Shown here piece by piece: positions 51,501 to 64,000 of a stretch of DNA of 64,000 nt. How positions within the stretch are numbered: position 1 is the stretch's first letter; each line of letters starts with the position of its first letter. The notes beneath the pieces were generated by a model. The model was not told the origin of the DNA. It did no database searches and saw only the letters and a list, made by a program, of their open reading frames with translations. This DNA is from Catajapyx aquilonaris (taxonomy: Eukaryota). The DNA lies in assembly GCA_000934665.2 (NCBI GenBank), contig KZ537965.1, positions 62,001-126,000 on the forward strand. The letters run 5' to 3'. The position numbers and the translations under genes were made by a program.

Positions 51501-52772
51501 GTTAACCCACATGTGCCTCACAATCTGTATTTTTCAGATCGGTTAGAACCGTGGTTAAAACTACAAAAAAATAGCAAGACAGCTTCTCTTCCATCTTAGC
51601 CTTGGTTGATGTATATAACCAGCGCGTGCATGTCTACCAGACGACGTCTTTGCATACAATACAGTACAGGTTGTACCCCGCAAACGTCACGGTGACTAAT
51701 ACTTGCTCTGCGTGTATAAGCTGGATTTTCTCATGTGCTCTACGGATATTTAAGAAGCCTTTTCAGGCCTCCGTGTCTATGCAGGCAAGACTCTAGAGAG
51801 AAGAGAGGTGGCAGTGCCTGGAAGGCTTTTGATAACCGCGGAGTGAAAGATATCGTGGCCAATGTTTTATATCCGGATAGCGAAGTCTGAGGCAGGCCCA
51901 TTATCCTCTGAAGAATGGTGCTCTCGGGGAAAACGCCAGGGAGGAGTGAGCAAATTATTGAATTTACATGCAGCTTTTCGGCGGAGGAGAAACCTGCAAG
52001 CTTTCATTTCCTAGATGCCTGGGTCCATTGTTGTCGAGCAGGGTCAACACCAGCCGGGTTTATTCAGGCTTTCATAGAGGGGGAAGGGTGTGGGGGAGGG
52101 GAAGGGTGTCCGAGCACCGCTTTTCAGTGACCAAAAGATCGTTAGGAGAAGGCTGTTGGCGGAACTGGCCCTTGCTGTAAGGGTTTATTTACTTCCAGGC
52201 CTGGGCTGGCAAGCATACACCCCCGCATGGGCCATTCCCCCCACTTGGTCCTGGCCTTCCTGAATCGCTTTTCAAATAGTGTCTCTTGCGCAGCTGTGCA
52301 CTATAGACGATGATATTTCACAATGGCTGCAGCGTCCGGGTGAAATTGGGCTCGCGGGATCAGAAAAAGGATTTTTGAAGCCTCCTAGCGCCATTCCTAG
52401 CGTGACATGACATCCAGTTTTCACTAAATTATTCGTACACACTCTTTGCCAGTAGTCTCCTAGAGTTATGAAGCCCTGGGCCATGTTTGCATTAGTGTGC
52501 GGGGCCGCTTCCGGTAAGCACTTCTGTTCTTGCCCGTGGCCGAGCCTAGGCCCGGAAGCTCTTCTCAGGCAACTTCTGGCTGGATGCGGTCGTCTGTCCC
52601 TTTTAGCATGTCCTCATTTGCATGGCCTGAAAGAATAGCGCCTGCTGCTTTCCGACCGTGCTCGAAACCCTCTTTACGAGAAAGCTTCACTCTGTTCCTA
52701 ATGCTAATGTGCAGGATTTTCGAGTAGGGTAAAGCACAGGGTGTGCTATAACCCTTGAATATTTCTCATAAC

Positions 52773-52951
52773 AGGCTTATTCTCTCCGTCTGATGTTTGC
52801 CTTACCACCTACCTGATAGTGTCGCTTTCTCTCGCACGAGGCAGGAGTGTGTGGAGGGAGCATGCGCCATCTATGTGTCAAGAAAATTACTACGTGGTAA
52901 ATCGGCGGGCAATCGCACTGTCATACTGACATATTGGCAACTGGTTCACTA
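52773..52951 (+). repeat. Dispersed repeat, copy 2 (same orientation as 42623-42815)
   Basis: Same ordered conserved blocks and matching boundaries as copy 1. Confidence 0.85.
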
Positions 52952-55900
52952 GTAGTTAAGAGGCATCCAATGGCGCTTGCCTTTTGGAGGACACACTTGT
53001 GTCAAGGGCAGCCGATTTCATATGTTTGAAGTAGATCCCACGCATACCTGACGGTCGCGTTTCTAAGCGACAGCTACCCCCCTCTTCACATACCGGTGTC
53101 TCCTAGCAATGGGAATGGGCCAATTTTAGATAGAAAGAGGCTTCCGATTTCCCCAGCAGGAGTTTCTGAGAGATGTCGATTTTGGGAGAGCTGGGGGAAG
53201 AAACGCAGCAAGGATGGAGTGGGTGGAACCGGGTCCTCCATTTGGCTCCAACTCCAGGTCTAACTCCTCCCGCAGGTGCGTTTTATCTGTTCACTCTCGG
53301 AATCCTAGCTTCCACTCGGGACCCGGCGCGAAGATTGCCAACTTTCTTCTTCATCTCCGGGAATCCCCTTCTCACCGTTTTCCCGCCAGGATTACACCCC
53401 CAGTTTTCATGTACAGAACGCCGCATTCATTTCCTTGGGATATCCGCCGCAAGCTCGTATATGCCCTGATGAGAGATGAGATTCTTTGGGTTAGGATTCG
53501 CCCGCACTGAATCCCCCAAAAAAATGTGAGAAATGGACGTCGTCTGGAGACACGACTCATCTGTTGTATGGCTAGCAGGAACATGCTTTGTGTGCCTGAT
53601 GCACTGATATTATACTCGAAGAGAGTGCGCGAGGTACACATCTCGACTTTTCCATATACAGCGAGTGTGCTCATCCGTCAGGGAACATTGGCTTATTGAA
53701 TTGTAACGGCGGAAAACTTGGCGAATTGGAAGGCGTTTCAGCCGTACTACCAATATTCCACCACCTTGAGCTTGAATTGCCTGGGGAGGCTTCAACTCTG
53801 AGAGACTAGTTTTCCTTCGGATCCTAACGTTTTTTTCCCCTTCCTTTCCACCCGCCGTTTTCATTTCCTCTTGTGCCCCGCCCGCACTTTTGTAGACGTT
53901 GCAAGAGTAGTCACCGGAGGCGAACGCTCGCACTAAAAAAGAGCAGCTTGGATAACCCTGGGATGCACTTGCAAACTGCAGATCGATTAGGTATCGAAGC
54001 AGCTGTGACCGCTCCCCTACAGTAGTTAAATATTAAAGTGGCTTAGCTACAAAGTGGTTTGATCATAAACAGCACTGGTATTGAATTAATAACACTGGTA
54101 ATGTTCACTATGTATGAAGCCCCCCCTCTCTCGAATTACGTGTTGTAAAAAGGTATGTGGGTTCGGAGCGTCAAATTTATATTTATGAGGTTAATTATGA
54201 ATTGGTATTCATTTGGGGGGAAACGCAGTTGATGTCTTGAGACGCTGACACTGGCTCATTCGTGTGGATTTGAGCTTGAGGCGCACATTGATCAACCAAT
54301 GGGAATGAACTAGGTTGGTCTCTCGCCAATCAGACGCTTCCAAACTTTTGCATATTGGGCGCTGGTTTCAAATCCAATAAAGTCCGAATTTCTTTAGACA
54401 CCGCTACCTTCTGGGTGTATACTCGGACCCCGGTGGTTGTTGGGAGAAGGAATTGTGCATGGTAGGAAAACATGAATCCTAATGATGCCGCGTCTCCCCT
54501 TGCTCCTTGGTGATCACGTGAACTGAACCAAACCGACACGGTTTGTCGCCTCTCGGAAAAGTTTCCTTCCGCACGAGTCGCCGTGCAGGTCGTGCAGGTT
54601 CCATCATGCGTTTTTCCCTCGTCATGCCCACACCTCCCCTGAGGGACAGGGTCCAAAAAGTGTCTGTCGGTCGGGGGCCTAGTCGTCTCAACCCTCAGGC
54701 CAAAAAGCTAGAGCTAGAGAGAGAGAAGACCTTTCCCTTGCCAATCGAACAGGGGGGGGGGGCGAAGAAGAAGCGGGTTGGCAGACTTCCAGAGACCTTG
54801 TTAACCTACCTGCCCCGGGATGCTGACTTGGGCAATTTGATTGACATTGTAAAGCGTCCTCCTCGTCGCTCAACCTTTTCCCCCTCCCCTCCAGTTTCCA
54901 CTTCTCCCAGGGATTCCTAACACCAAGTGCCAGGGCCTGAGGACAAGCAGGGATAAAGGAGCTGATCATTAACCCACCACCACCCGACTAGAGGAAGGAG
55001 AGATGTTGAAGCAGGCATTTCAGGGACGGAGACAGGCTTAACTACTCACTTGGGGGGTACGTGAGTCATTCCTTGGGCTGGATCACGACGTGATCTAGGA
55101 TAGCTCTCCTGGTTTTGAAGCAAACTAGGCCAACAAATTAACAATCGCTCACCCAGCAGTCCTGAGAGACACAGGGTGTCTCCAGTTGGACACACTCTTT
55201 TGACAGCATAGATGAAGGATAAGGCTTTGACGTGGACCCGCATATCGATGAAGGTGCGTGGAACGATTGTTTACGAACAGTTGGTGGGGTAGGTGGCTCA
55301 TTATTCCGGGGCTGTCTGCGAGGGTTCCCCCCGGTCCCTCCGAACCTTTTTCGTGCCCTGGAAGCGTGAAAGCAAACGGACAAGCAAATCGTGCCTGCAT
55401 GGATGTGGAAGAAAGCAGAGCCTCGCATCCGGAAGCCCACTGCCAAAAGTGCAAAAGCGGCATTGACAGTCAAATTACCAGTTACATATTCAACCTGCGT
55501 CTAATGGATTACAGGTCAGCACGGAATATTTTCTGAGGAGGGATGAAATGTGCGTGGGGACAACTGACTGGTAAATAAATAATTTTTTAGCTCACCCAGC
55601 ACATTCTGCGGTTTTAATTAACGATTCCCAAGTCAGCAGAAATGGACTGTGGATCTGGAGACCATCTTTGTGTGGCCTCCGGAATAAAATATGAAAATCC
55701 TCCCTCCATTGTCTTGTGTGTACTGTATAATACGGAGGGGGGGGGGGCAAATCCCTGAAGCATTCCCGTGGATCGCCGCCAAAATGCAAAAGGCATGTTT
55801 TTGCATTTGCAATATCCGGAGCGTAATTAACACAACCCTCTTTTCCGGGGGTTTCCGTACCCATGAGGGGGGTCCCGGACCCGCTCAAAAGGTGTCCGGG

Positions 55901-55963
55901 ACTAATAAATGACGGCTGATTCAATTATTCACAAGGCAAATGAACGTGGGTTGATAGCCATGC

Positions 55964-56022
55964 GGCCTGCGCAGGGATCAAACCCGTAAACCGCAGCCAT
56001 TACAAGAGCCCAACTGCGTCCC
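55964..56022 (-). mobile_element. Possible degenerate tRNA-derived SINE head
   Basis: Minus strand reads GACGCAGTTGG (A-box-like) ... CTTGTAA ... CGGGTTTGATCCCTG (B-box/T-arm-like). No complete cloverleaf. Confidence 0.25.
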
Positions 56023-56420
56023 TCAATCGCATAGGTGAATCTGAGGGAGAAAAAAAAATAGAGGACATGGTTTCAATGCATGGCACTTAATTACAACTCG
56101 TTCTATTTATTACGGTACTGAATTTTTATCGGAATCCTGCTTCGAGCTTTGTACTGGTTCGTATTGTTCATTTCCGGCTTTTTGTTTCGACAGCATCCGC
56201 AAATTTTGTACGGCTGCGAAGGTCTCTTTCAGTGTCAACAGAGCAGGCAGGTTGTATTGTTTCATCACGTGGGAGATACGGATGTTGCGAATTGAGGGGG
56301 CAAGTCCGACAATATTTTTACTGTTTGACGCGTTTTTTTGGTGTCGGACTGTCATCCGGGTTGACATGTGCAAGCGTGACGATGCAATTTGGTGGAGCTT
56401 CAAAATATTGTGGAGTGGTA

Positions 56421-56531
56421 GAAAATTATTGAAATAAAATTTCACGAATCTCCAAATGTGTGCAAAATAAATAAAATTGATTTATTTTGCACACATTTGG
56501 AGGTTCGTGCAATTTTATTTCAATAACTTTC
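56421..56531. repeat. Long AT-rich inverted repeat (52-bp arms, 7-nt loop)
   Basis: 56421-56472 and 56480-56531 are reverse complements at 49/52. Confidence 0.9.
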
Positions 56532-56542
56532 GTGTGTAGAAA

Positions 56543-56650
56543 TCTGACATAATAAAGCAGAAAGTTTGTCTGTATGTTCGGGCTATCTAACCCACTTTCA
56601 AACTACCAAGAGTGCTGAAACTTGGCACACCGATAGCTTACATGCCGCTG
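56543..56650 (+). mobile_element. Possible 5' end of a non-autonomous Helitron-like element
   Basis: A|TC start followed by ATAATAAAG..AAAGTTTGTCTGTATGT and GCTGAAACTTGGCACA, which resembles insect non-autonomous Helitron 5' regions from memory. No 3' hairpin/CTRR end identified. Confidence 0.35.
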
Positions 56651-59600
56651 ATTCAGATAAAAGTCCTAAAACTGCGCCATTTTGAGTCTAAACACCCAAA
56701 ATGTATTATTTTTTTGTAAGTAAATACATAAATAAACCGCCATGATGATTGTACAGTACAAGTATCCAGTTGCTTACCCCAGCAATCACTTCTTGTTTAA
56801 ATCGAAACTGACCTACTTTCGTACAACAAAAGTCGTCGAAATAATGTATCGAAATGAAGGATCTTAAACTCCTCTCCTGTTGGTATTGATTACGTTGCGT
56901 TTAATGCTTTTATTAACGCCGGTAGGGTTCCTTTCATGTAACTAAAGGGCGAGTGCAGTGAAATGTGCCTGCTGATTAAACATGCTCCAAGTAGGAAATT
57001 AGGCAGTTCCATTTCCACCGAGGCGGCGATTGATCTTTCTTTATTTTCCAAACCCCTGCCTTCATTGTGGCTTTAATTCCGTCGGTGGCATTAGTCGTGT
57101 TGTAATTACTACCCTGTCGCTAGGAGGCGTTAAAAAAAACTAATTACGCTCTCAGCTTCCAGTTAAACTGCTGTTACTATCCTGCCAGCCTTATTCTTGC
57201 TTAGAGCCACACTCTAATTGTTAGTTTTTTTTAAACTTCCTAATATTGTGATCTGGATAATTTTTTTTTTCGGTGGATTATGATCTGAATCAGGCCCCGG
57301 TAATTCCGTTGATATGTTAATGTGCAATCAAGTACGTGCGTAGAATTTTCCGGCGCATAAGTCCGGATTTTCGGTAGTCGCCATTAATTATCCTGGTAGG
57401 TCCATATCGCCAATAAATAACTGAAATCCCGGTGAGTTTAGGTCAGAATTGGACCCGAGCGTTAATTGCTGTCCCTAACCTCCAGTTTTCGATTGCAACG
57501 TTTTCTTTCCAAATCGTAAATTACTGTTTACCAACCCATGTTTTTCAAGCATTATTTGTACCAGTAGCCAGCCATGCTTCGTCCCCAAGTTTATTTTTTC
57601 TTCCAGACAGTGCAGGGACATTAAGAAAACGCTTAATCTTTGGCAGTTTGGGTTGGCACAGACCCAGAATCGACTCCTAGAACCTAGATGAAGGTATATA
57701 GAAAAAAAAGCGGCGTCTGGAAGAAAGACCGGGGAGGGTAATGAAGAAAATGAAGAGGCGGTGTCAACTGGATAGAGAAGATGGGGAAAGAGAAAAAATA
57801 GGGGCATCTGTTGGCGCAAATGAAAGGAGGACGTGATTACCCAAGGCCCATCGACGGCCGCATCATTGGACCAAGGAAGGAAGAAATCGACTTAATTTGA
57901 GGTCAGCTTCCGACTCTAGGGGGATCGTACTGGCCCCCGAGGCGGCCAGTGGAGGGCACAAATAGGTCATTGGGCTCGGAAATTAATTCAATCTTTGCAG
58001 GCAGCTTCCCGAGCCTAATAGGGCCCTATGGCACCCCCAAATGACAGCCCCTTTTCTTAGATGGGGGCTGGAAATGGCGGGGGAGTTTTCCTTGGGTCAT
58101 CTCATCCGGATCTGGAGGAAAAGGAAGGCCGATTGCGAGGTCTAATTGGGGGGTGTGTGTAAGGTAAAAGAGGCTGCGAGATACGTGTGTGATAAGCCAA
58201 GTGCTAAATCCAATTTAGCGACTGTTTATTGGACAGGAAAGTATAAATTGTGTGCATATATATACACACAGTACAGGACACAACATTTCTCACACAGTAT
58301 TGACTTTTATGTTAAAAGGACGCTGTATATCGGAAACCCGCTATGCCTGTAGTGTTTTCACTTTCCTGACGTGTCAAGTGACCCAAGAATAGCCCATAGG
58401 TTTTTGGAAGTGGACAAGGGAGCGTCATTAAAGTTTCAGGTAGTTGGGGAAAAAGGTAACCATCAGCATGCATGTAATTTTCATCAGTCCCTGAATATTT
58501 CAGGAGGGCTCTTTGCTTTGTCTTTTGGTCACCCGCTATCCGCCTCTTTTTTCCCCTTGAATAGCAGGAAAAAAAATGTATAAAGTCTGAGGAAGAAATA
58601 CGTGACCTTATACTAGCCAAATCACCTTATACCGTGGCCACGTACACAGTCATCGACTTCGTGCCAGTCTAGCACAGTATAATTTTTCCTTCTTTTTTTC
58701 TCTAGAAAATGGGAACTTTCATGGTGCCTACTTCTCCAGATTATCTGGCCTGTCATTATTTTCTAGTTGACCCCTGTCACTCTAATCGGCGTCTATTCCC
58801 CCCCTCCGATTGATTTCTAGCTGTCAAGGCGATTCTCTAAGGGGGCCATGCCCTTTTTTTGGCAGCACTGATGACAGCTGGTAAAAAGAACTACACTGGA
58901 CTGCTCCACTTAATCTAATCATGAAATCAGTTCCAAGTTTTGTGGGGATAGAACCAACTTTTATTTAAAACCATTCTTTTTTTATTAAAAAATTACGACA
59001 CCCTGTGAATCGAGCGTCACACAAAACAAATGTGAGCTCTTTGTCATCCCAAGTTTCATTTTCATGCTTAATATTACATTTTGCCCTTCTGGTTTGATAT
59101 CATTCCAGCATCTGCCAACGACTAAACAATTTCCTCGCTTTCAATTGGAGGGGAAGGACTCTTTTCTTTTCACCCCCCTCTCTTCCAATATATTAGGCAC
59201 GCATGCTTTTTCAAAAAAAAATAATATTAAAAAAAGCGCGAGAAACACAGTATAAAGGTAAAGAATGTATGGGTTGACACTAAAATATGGCGTTGGCTCT
59301 GGATATGAATTAATATATGAGGCATCATCTTGCGTGAGTGGCGTATGAAGGGATATGATGTATGTTGGTTTTCAAGGGCTGGAAAATGGAGGGGGATGTA
59401 TGGAAAAGGGAGAGTTTCTCGTGCCACATATTACACTCATTTGCAACCGGTTCCCCCCTTCTCCATTCCCCTCCCCCAAAAAATGCAACATCTGCTGGAG
59501 AAATTCCGCATATTGCTACAATTTTTCTAAACTTTTGTTTAGTCGAATAAGAATAGGTTCGGGTTTTCAAAATGTGCTTTGGGCATCTTTTGTGCAACTG

Positions 59601-60199
59601 ACATGCCTATAATTTTTTGCGAATTTTTCTTTTGAGATTTGCTTAGTAATTAGCTGGGCTTCAAATCAGATGCTTTAGTTAAAAATGAACGGGCCATTTT
59701 TTTAAAGTGTAGTCCCAGCAGCCATTAATTTCATTTCGCGGCGAGCACACACGTGTTCACTTTATAAACCGTACTCGTTTTGGTGGGTTGTTGGCGGAAG
59801 GCCCCCCCTCATTTCAAAACAGTTCTGGGCTGTCCCCCCAGCCACACCATTGACGACCTTAAAATAACTCCGCTTTTCATTTGGCAAAGCATGTCAGCCC
59901 CAGTTTCATAAAATTTTAACTAATGCGCCATATTTATTAACACTGACGTTATGGTTGGCAGCCATGGGCATTAACAAGGCCCCACCGGATTTTTGTGTTA
60001 TTCCACCGGCCTGTCCCCAGCATGTCGATTATGCATCTCTGGACTCATTTCGGGGATACTGACAAGCCTTCACTGAATAAACAAGTAGTTGACGTAACCA
60101 CAACTATTTTTGGTTACTTCAAACCAAAATTTTAGCTGGCTTGGAAAACCTCATTTGGTTGAATGACATTTTTAAGAGTTTTTCTCATCGGATAAAAAA

Positions 60200-60515
60200 T
60201 CTTATAGAACGGCTGTCCCGCTGTCTGTCTGTAGACACGTATCAGAGCCCAAACCGCAGTGAGGTAGCTACAAACTGTTTTCGGATTTGGATTCAGTGTG
60301 ACCAAAATAAGTTTATGGTCAACTACCGGGTTTCCGGGTTCACTATATCATCTACGCGTTTAAGGTAAAGTCTACAATTATTCAGAAATTATTTTTATTA
60401 GCTTATAGGGCCTACTCCCCAACTGGAAATAAGACCGACAACATTCTATGTCATTGTTGTCCGATTTGAATGTGAGAAAAAAGTCTACTCGAATCACGCT
60501 CGAGTGATTTGCCAA
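60200..60515 (+). mobile_element. Possible degenerate DINE-1/Helentron-like or MITE remnant
   Basis: CTGTCTGTCTGT micro-repeat followed by ACACG...CAAACCG...AGCTACAAAC, later GTCCGATTTGAATG and a small hairpin AATCAC-N6-GTGATT. Resemblance from memory only; boundaries approximate. Confidence 0.25.
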
Positions 60516-63500
60516 TGTTTTGTTCTAGTTGTAGAGTACAAAAATGTTTGATTTTTAGCCATTGTGTTAGTTGTCCATTTGTTCATAAAAATGTTTTAAA
60601 TAATTAAACAAATAGTCAGACATAATGTTGGTTAATTTTTTTGGTGTTGTTACAAAAAAAATAGTTGGAATCAAGACCTGTGTAACCTTAGCCGAGGCGT
60701 GGGTTTACCTGTTAAACACTCATCGCGACATTTTTAATCACCTGTCCCATCTTAATTGGATTATAATCGTATATGTTATGAACTCTGACAGCACTTTTTT
60801 TTCCCCTGAAAAACTCGGAGGCGTTGATGTGCCGAAATATTGGAAATCAGGTTGATAATTTTTGTGACAGGCCGCATTAGCTAGTCATCAATCATCTTGT
60901 GGGTGAAGAGAGGAGGAGGGGAGTGGGGAGGGGAGGTGAGAGGAGGTGAAAAATTAATTAGTATCGACAGGTACATAGTGCAGGGAGTTGTAGGTTAGAT
61001 GGCGGCAGGATCGGTGGTTGGTGACACGGGAGCTTAATGACGCGGAGGACTCGTTAGTCAGTGGAAATCACCGCAATTAGGCCTCCGGTGGACCTTCCTG
61101 ATAGGTCCATAACTCAGGGCAACATGGCTCCGTGATGAGAAAAACTCCTACATGACACCCGTTGGAGGATGATGCTAATCAAGGAGGAGCAACTTGTGGT
61201 AGGTGGGGGAGGGACCACCTGGTGGTGTGTGTGCGATGGGATTGCATCTGCCTCCCCCTCTCTCTAAACCTCACTTCCAGCACAGCAAAACCCTAGAAAT
61301 TGGGTTTTCTGACGCAGATTGGCTGGCTGGGCTGGAGGCCCTTTTTTTAAGGGCAGAGAGAGAACGGGTGTTGTGCACTTTGTCATACCTTGCGGGGTTC
61401 ATCAGGAGACATCGTCTTGGGAATGTGCTCATTTTCCAAGGTGATTTTAGGGGGGTGATTAAAAATTGTTGGGGGGCATCCATTTGTGGGGACAAACATG
61501 TGGGACAATCAAGGTGGGATGCCGGAAATAATTGAGGCGATTTGTGCTTGATGGCTTGACGTCGTACCCTATATAACCAACGACTTTAATAATTATTGTG
61601 AAGGCGGCAATATTCGCAGAATTTTAGATTCATGTCTGTACAGACCACTAGTGGTACTGCATACCTGTATGCAAATATTAATTTTACCTGCGGTAGGCAA
61701 TGCTTCGGAAAATTACAGTATTAATTTCTGCACACTCTCCAGGCGTGATCTGGCCGGTGCACTTAATTAACCGCCAGTTAACCAGAGTCTTGGTCTGATT
61801 TAAATAACTTGTAACTCTCGTTAAAGAATAGTAATCAAGATAAAGTGCGGCGGGAGTTTATATGGCGGTGATCAACCTTGCTGGGAGTTCTCTCTCTCTC
61901 ATGCACGCTGAGGATGAAATGGACACTGCAGCCAGCGCAATCTACTCGGTCTCTGTTGCCGAGCGATGTTAGATATGGAGTGGATTTACAGCAGGGGGAC
62001 TCTTTTGTCACCGGATCCTAAAGTTGGGTACTTAGAAAGAGGGGGGTCCTTGCAGAGCGGTGCCTGGATCTTCATGGGAGGGTATTCGTAGGGTCACTGT
62101 AAAGAGAAGAATGGACTTTGTGAGTAGTGAAAGGCAATATTTCCCCTGGCACTGTGGTGGCTTCTGAATCGATATGGCTCCATCTCCTACAATAAACCCT
62201 CGAGTTTGATAATGCAAGGGCTTGTCTTAGTGCACCGTCACCTGCCGCCATTTACCGACCACTTTTCCAGGGCTCCAAACATTACCCGACACAAATTGCG
62301 CAATAATAATCGCTGTAAATGAGCAAATGTAAATTAAGGCCGGAGCAATTAATTTGAAGCATTTATTTTATTCCCAATTTACCTTCAGTGGATCGTCATT
62401 AGCGGGAGCAGTGATCCGGACTGTAATGATATTCTAATTGCACAATGGGAAAGTAATAGGCTAATGGCATTATGATGACCCGCACAGCATATGGCATCCA
62501 GATAAATCAATGGGAGAGGGTTGTGCGAAACCCTGTAGTTCCCCGCCCCTCCCTGTAAAAAGGAACCCACTTTGCATGGACTGTTTCAGCTGGAAAATAT
62601 AAAAAGGGCTGGATTTCCACGGGGCTAATTGCACCTTGCATTTCTGCTGGATAGAATTTTTTTAAAAAAAGAGTTGGTCTGCTTCCAGAAAGTTGGTCTG
62701 CAGCATGTGCAGAACATGCATCCTTAACTAGGAGACTGGCACATTTGCGCCTTTCCTCTCCCATCATGTGTACCACAGCTGTGGAGTGCGTATGACTCCA
62801 GATGGAACTTTAAGACATCCATGCATGATAGGTCTCATTACTCAGAGTTACATGTATTCCAGAACAGCAGCTGGAAAGTCTGGAAATTATACGGGGTACG
62901 TATACGGATGTGATTCATTGTCACCTGTTGAGTACCTTCCACCTAATGGCGACCAATTGAAAAATAATCGAACCCTGATTCGGAAGACAATCAGCAAATA
63001 ATTGGTGCATACTAGTAGAGAGAGGTTAGGCCATATAGAGGAAAAGAGACTGAAAGGCCCTCCCTGTCATTAGCATTTTCATTAAAACCACCGACATAAT
63101 TTTGGTTAATAATTTGCCTTTGAATGATTACCCCATAAAATTAATACAAGGGCCCCACCATTTGGGGAGAGGGGGGAGGCAGGATATAGCTCATAAATTA
63201 GGCAACGTAAATGAAAATCATGATTGGGAAGATTTTGTTAATGCTCGGCGTAACGTTTGCACAATTCAGGCAGGTCAGGAACTTTGCCAATGGAACACAC
63301 AAAAATAGGGGGCAGTTGAAATGAGGGTTATCGGATTATAGCTTTGTATTGGCATAACATTGATTCGATTTTGGAGGGGGGGGGCTTTTGCAAAAATATT
63401 TTGTGTGCTCAGTGTAGCCAACTTGTGCCCATCCATGCTATATATTCACTCGCTCCGACATCTCTCGCAAAAATCGCATTTCTTCAAAAACCCCTCCTTT

Positions 63501-64000
63501 TCTCCCCACCCCATTTTTACTATCAACCGACGCCCAACTTCTTTTGGACCAGAAAATTAAATTGGACTCCCCAATTTTTATGCAGGGCTTATTTCCAAAA
63601 GACCCCTCCCGCATCGTCCATGGTAACCTCAATTTAGAACGGTGGCAATAGGGGACTGACCCATGATGCTGTGGTATCGACAGGTCCAGCCATGGTCACA
63701 CACAAAAAAAATGTGCGGAGAGGATAGGACCGGGGGGGGGGGAGTAGGAAAAAAAGGAAGGGGGGAAATAAATCTTGTCCCTGGAGTTAAGGAATTTTTA
63801 TCGTTCCAGCTCTAGGTTTATTTTCCAGGCTGGGGATGTTCCCGATTGAAGTAGAGCAGGGGATGGAATCGAGTTTACAGGAATATTAGATTGCAAGGGG
63901 GTTCGTTTGAGTCAGGAGCTGCGAATAAATGCGTGTGGATATGAAATCTCCCGCTTCGAGGGAACCTGTGAAAGTAAACTGGGCTCTTAAGTCCGACGGG

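Larger units (their letters stand above)
46854..64000 (+). other. Intron downstream of the FN3 exon (>17 kb, 3' end outside window)
   Basis: Starts with GTGAGT; no phase-2 exon completing the FN3 domain was found before the window end. Confidence 0.65.

Noticed and set aside
53260..53281. CTAAC-tcctcccg-CAG|GTGCGT as a ratchet point in the downstream intron
   Set aside because: Branch A is only 12 nt from the acceptor and the pyrimidine tract is short.
61203..61260. VGEG... as the continuation of the FN3 domain
   Set aside because: Wrong phase (phase 2 is needed), no pyrimidine tract, and the following residues are not FN3-like.
92..63637. The 60-160 aa ORFs in the six-frame track
   Set aside because: No recognisable domains, many start at non-ATG codons, they overlap at random on both strands, and they often run through homopolymers or microsatellites. 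Consistent with chance ORFs in intron DNA.

Overview
Eukaryotic animal (probably arthropod) genomic DNA, almost entirely non-coding. I found no prokaryotic genes, rRNA, intact tRNA, CRISPR array or intact transposase, and the short ORFs in the track look like noise. One convincing coding exon lies at 46730-46853 (+). It encodes the start of a fibronectin type III domain, (D)VAAPPGRPLIMGFTSRSVNLSWAPPLDTHNSPILHYIIHI(R), which I recognise from memory as most like the first FN3 domain of arthropod receptor tyrosine phosphatase Ptp99A. The rest appears to be two very long introns of that gene. The main signal is two candidate recursive-splicing (ratchet) sites on the same strand in the upstream intron, at 1231/1232 and 19308/19309. 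Each has a branch point, a polypyrimidine tract and CAG|GTAAGC, with a second donor 41 or 43 nt downstream defining a short cryptic exon, and the two modules resemble each other in sequence. The introns also carry MITEs, long hairpins, a dispersed repeat pair flanking the exon, transposon remnants, many poly-G/poly-C tracts and a 30-N gap.
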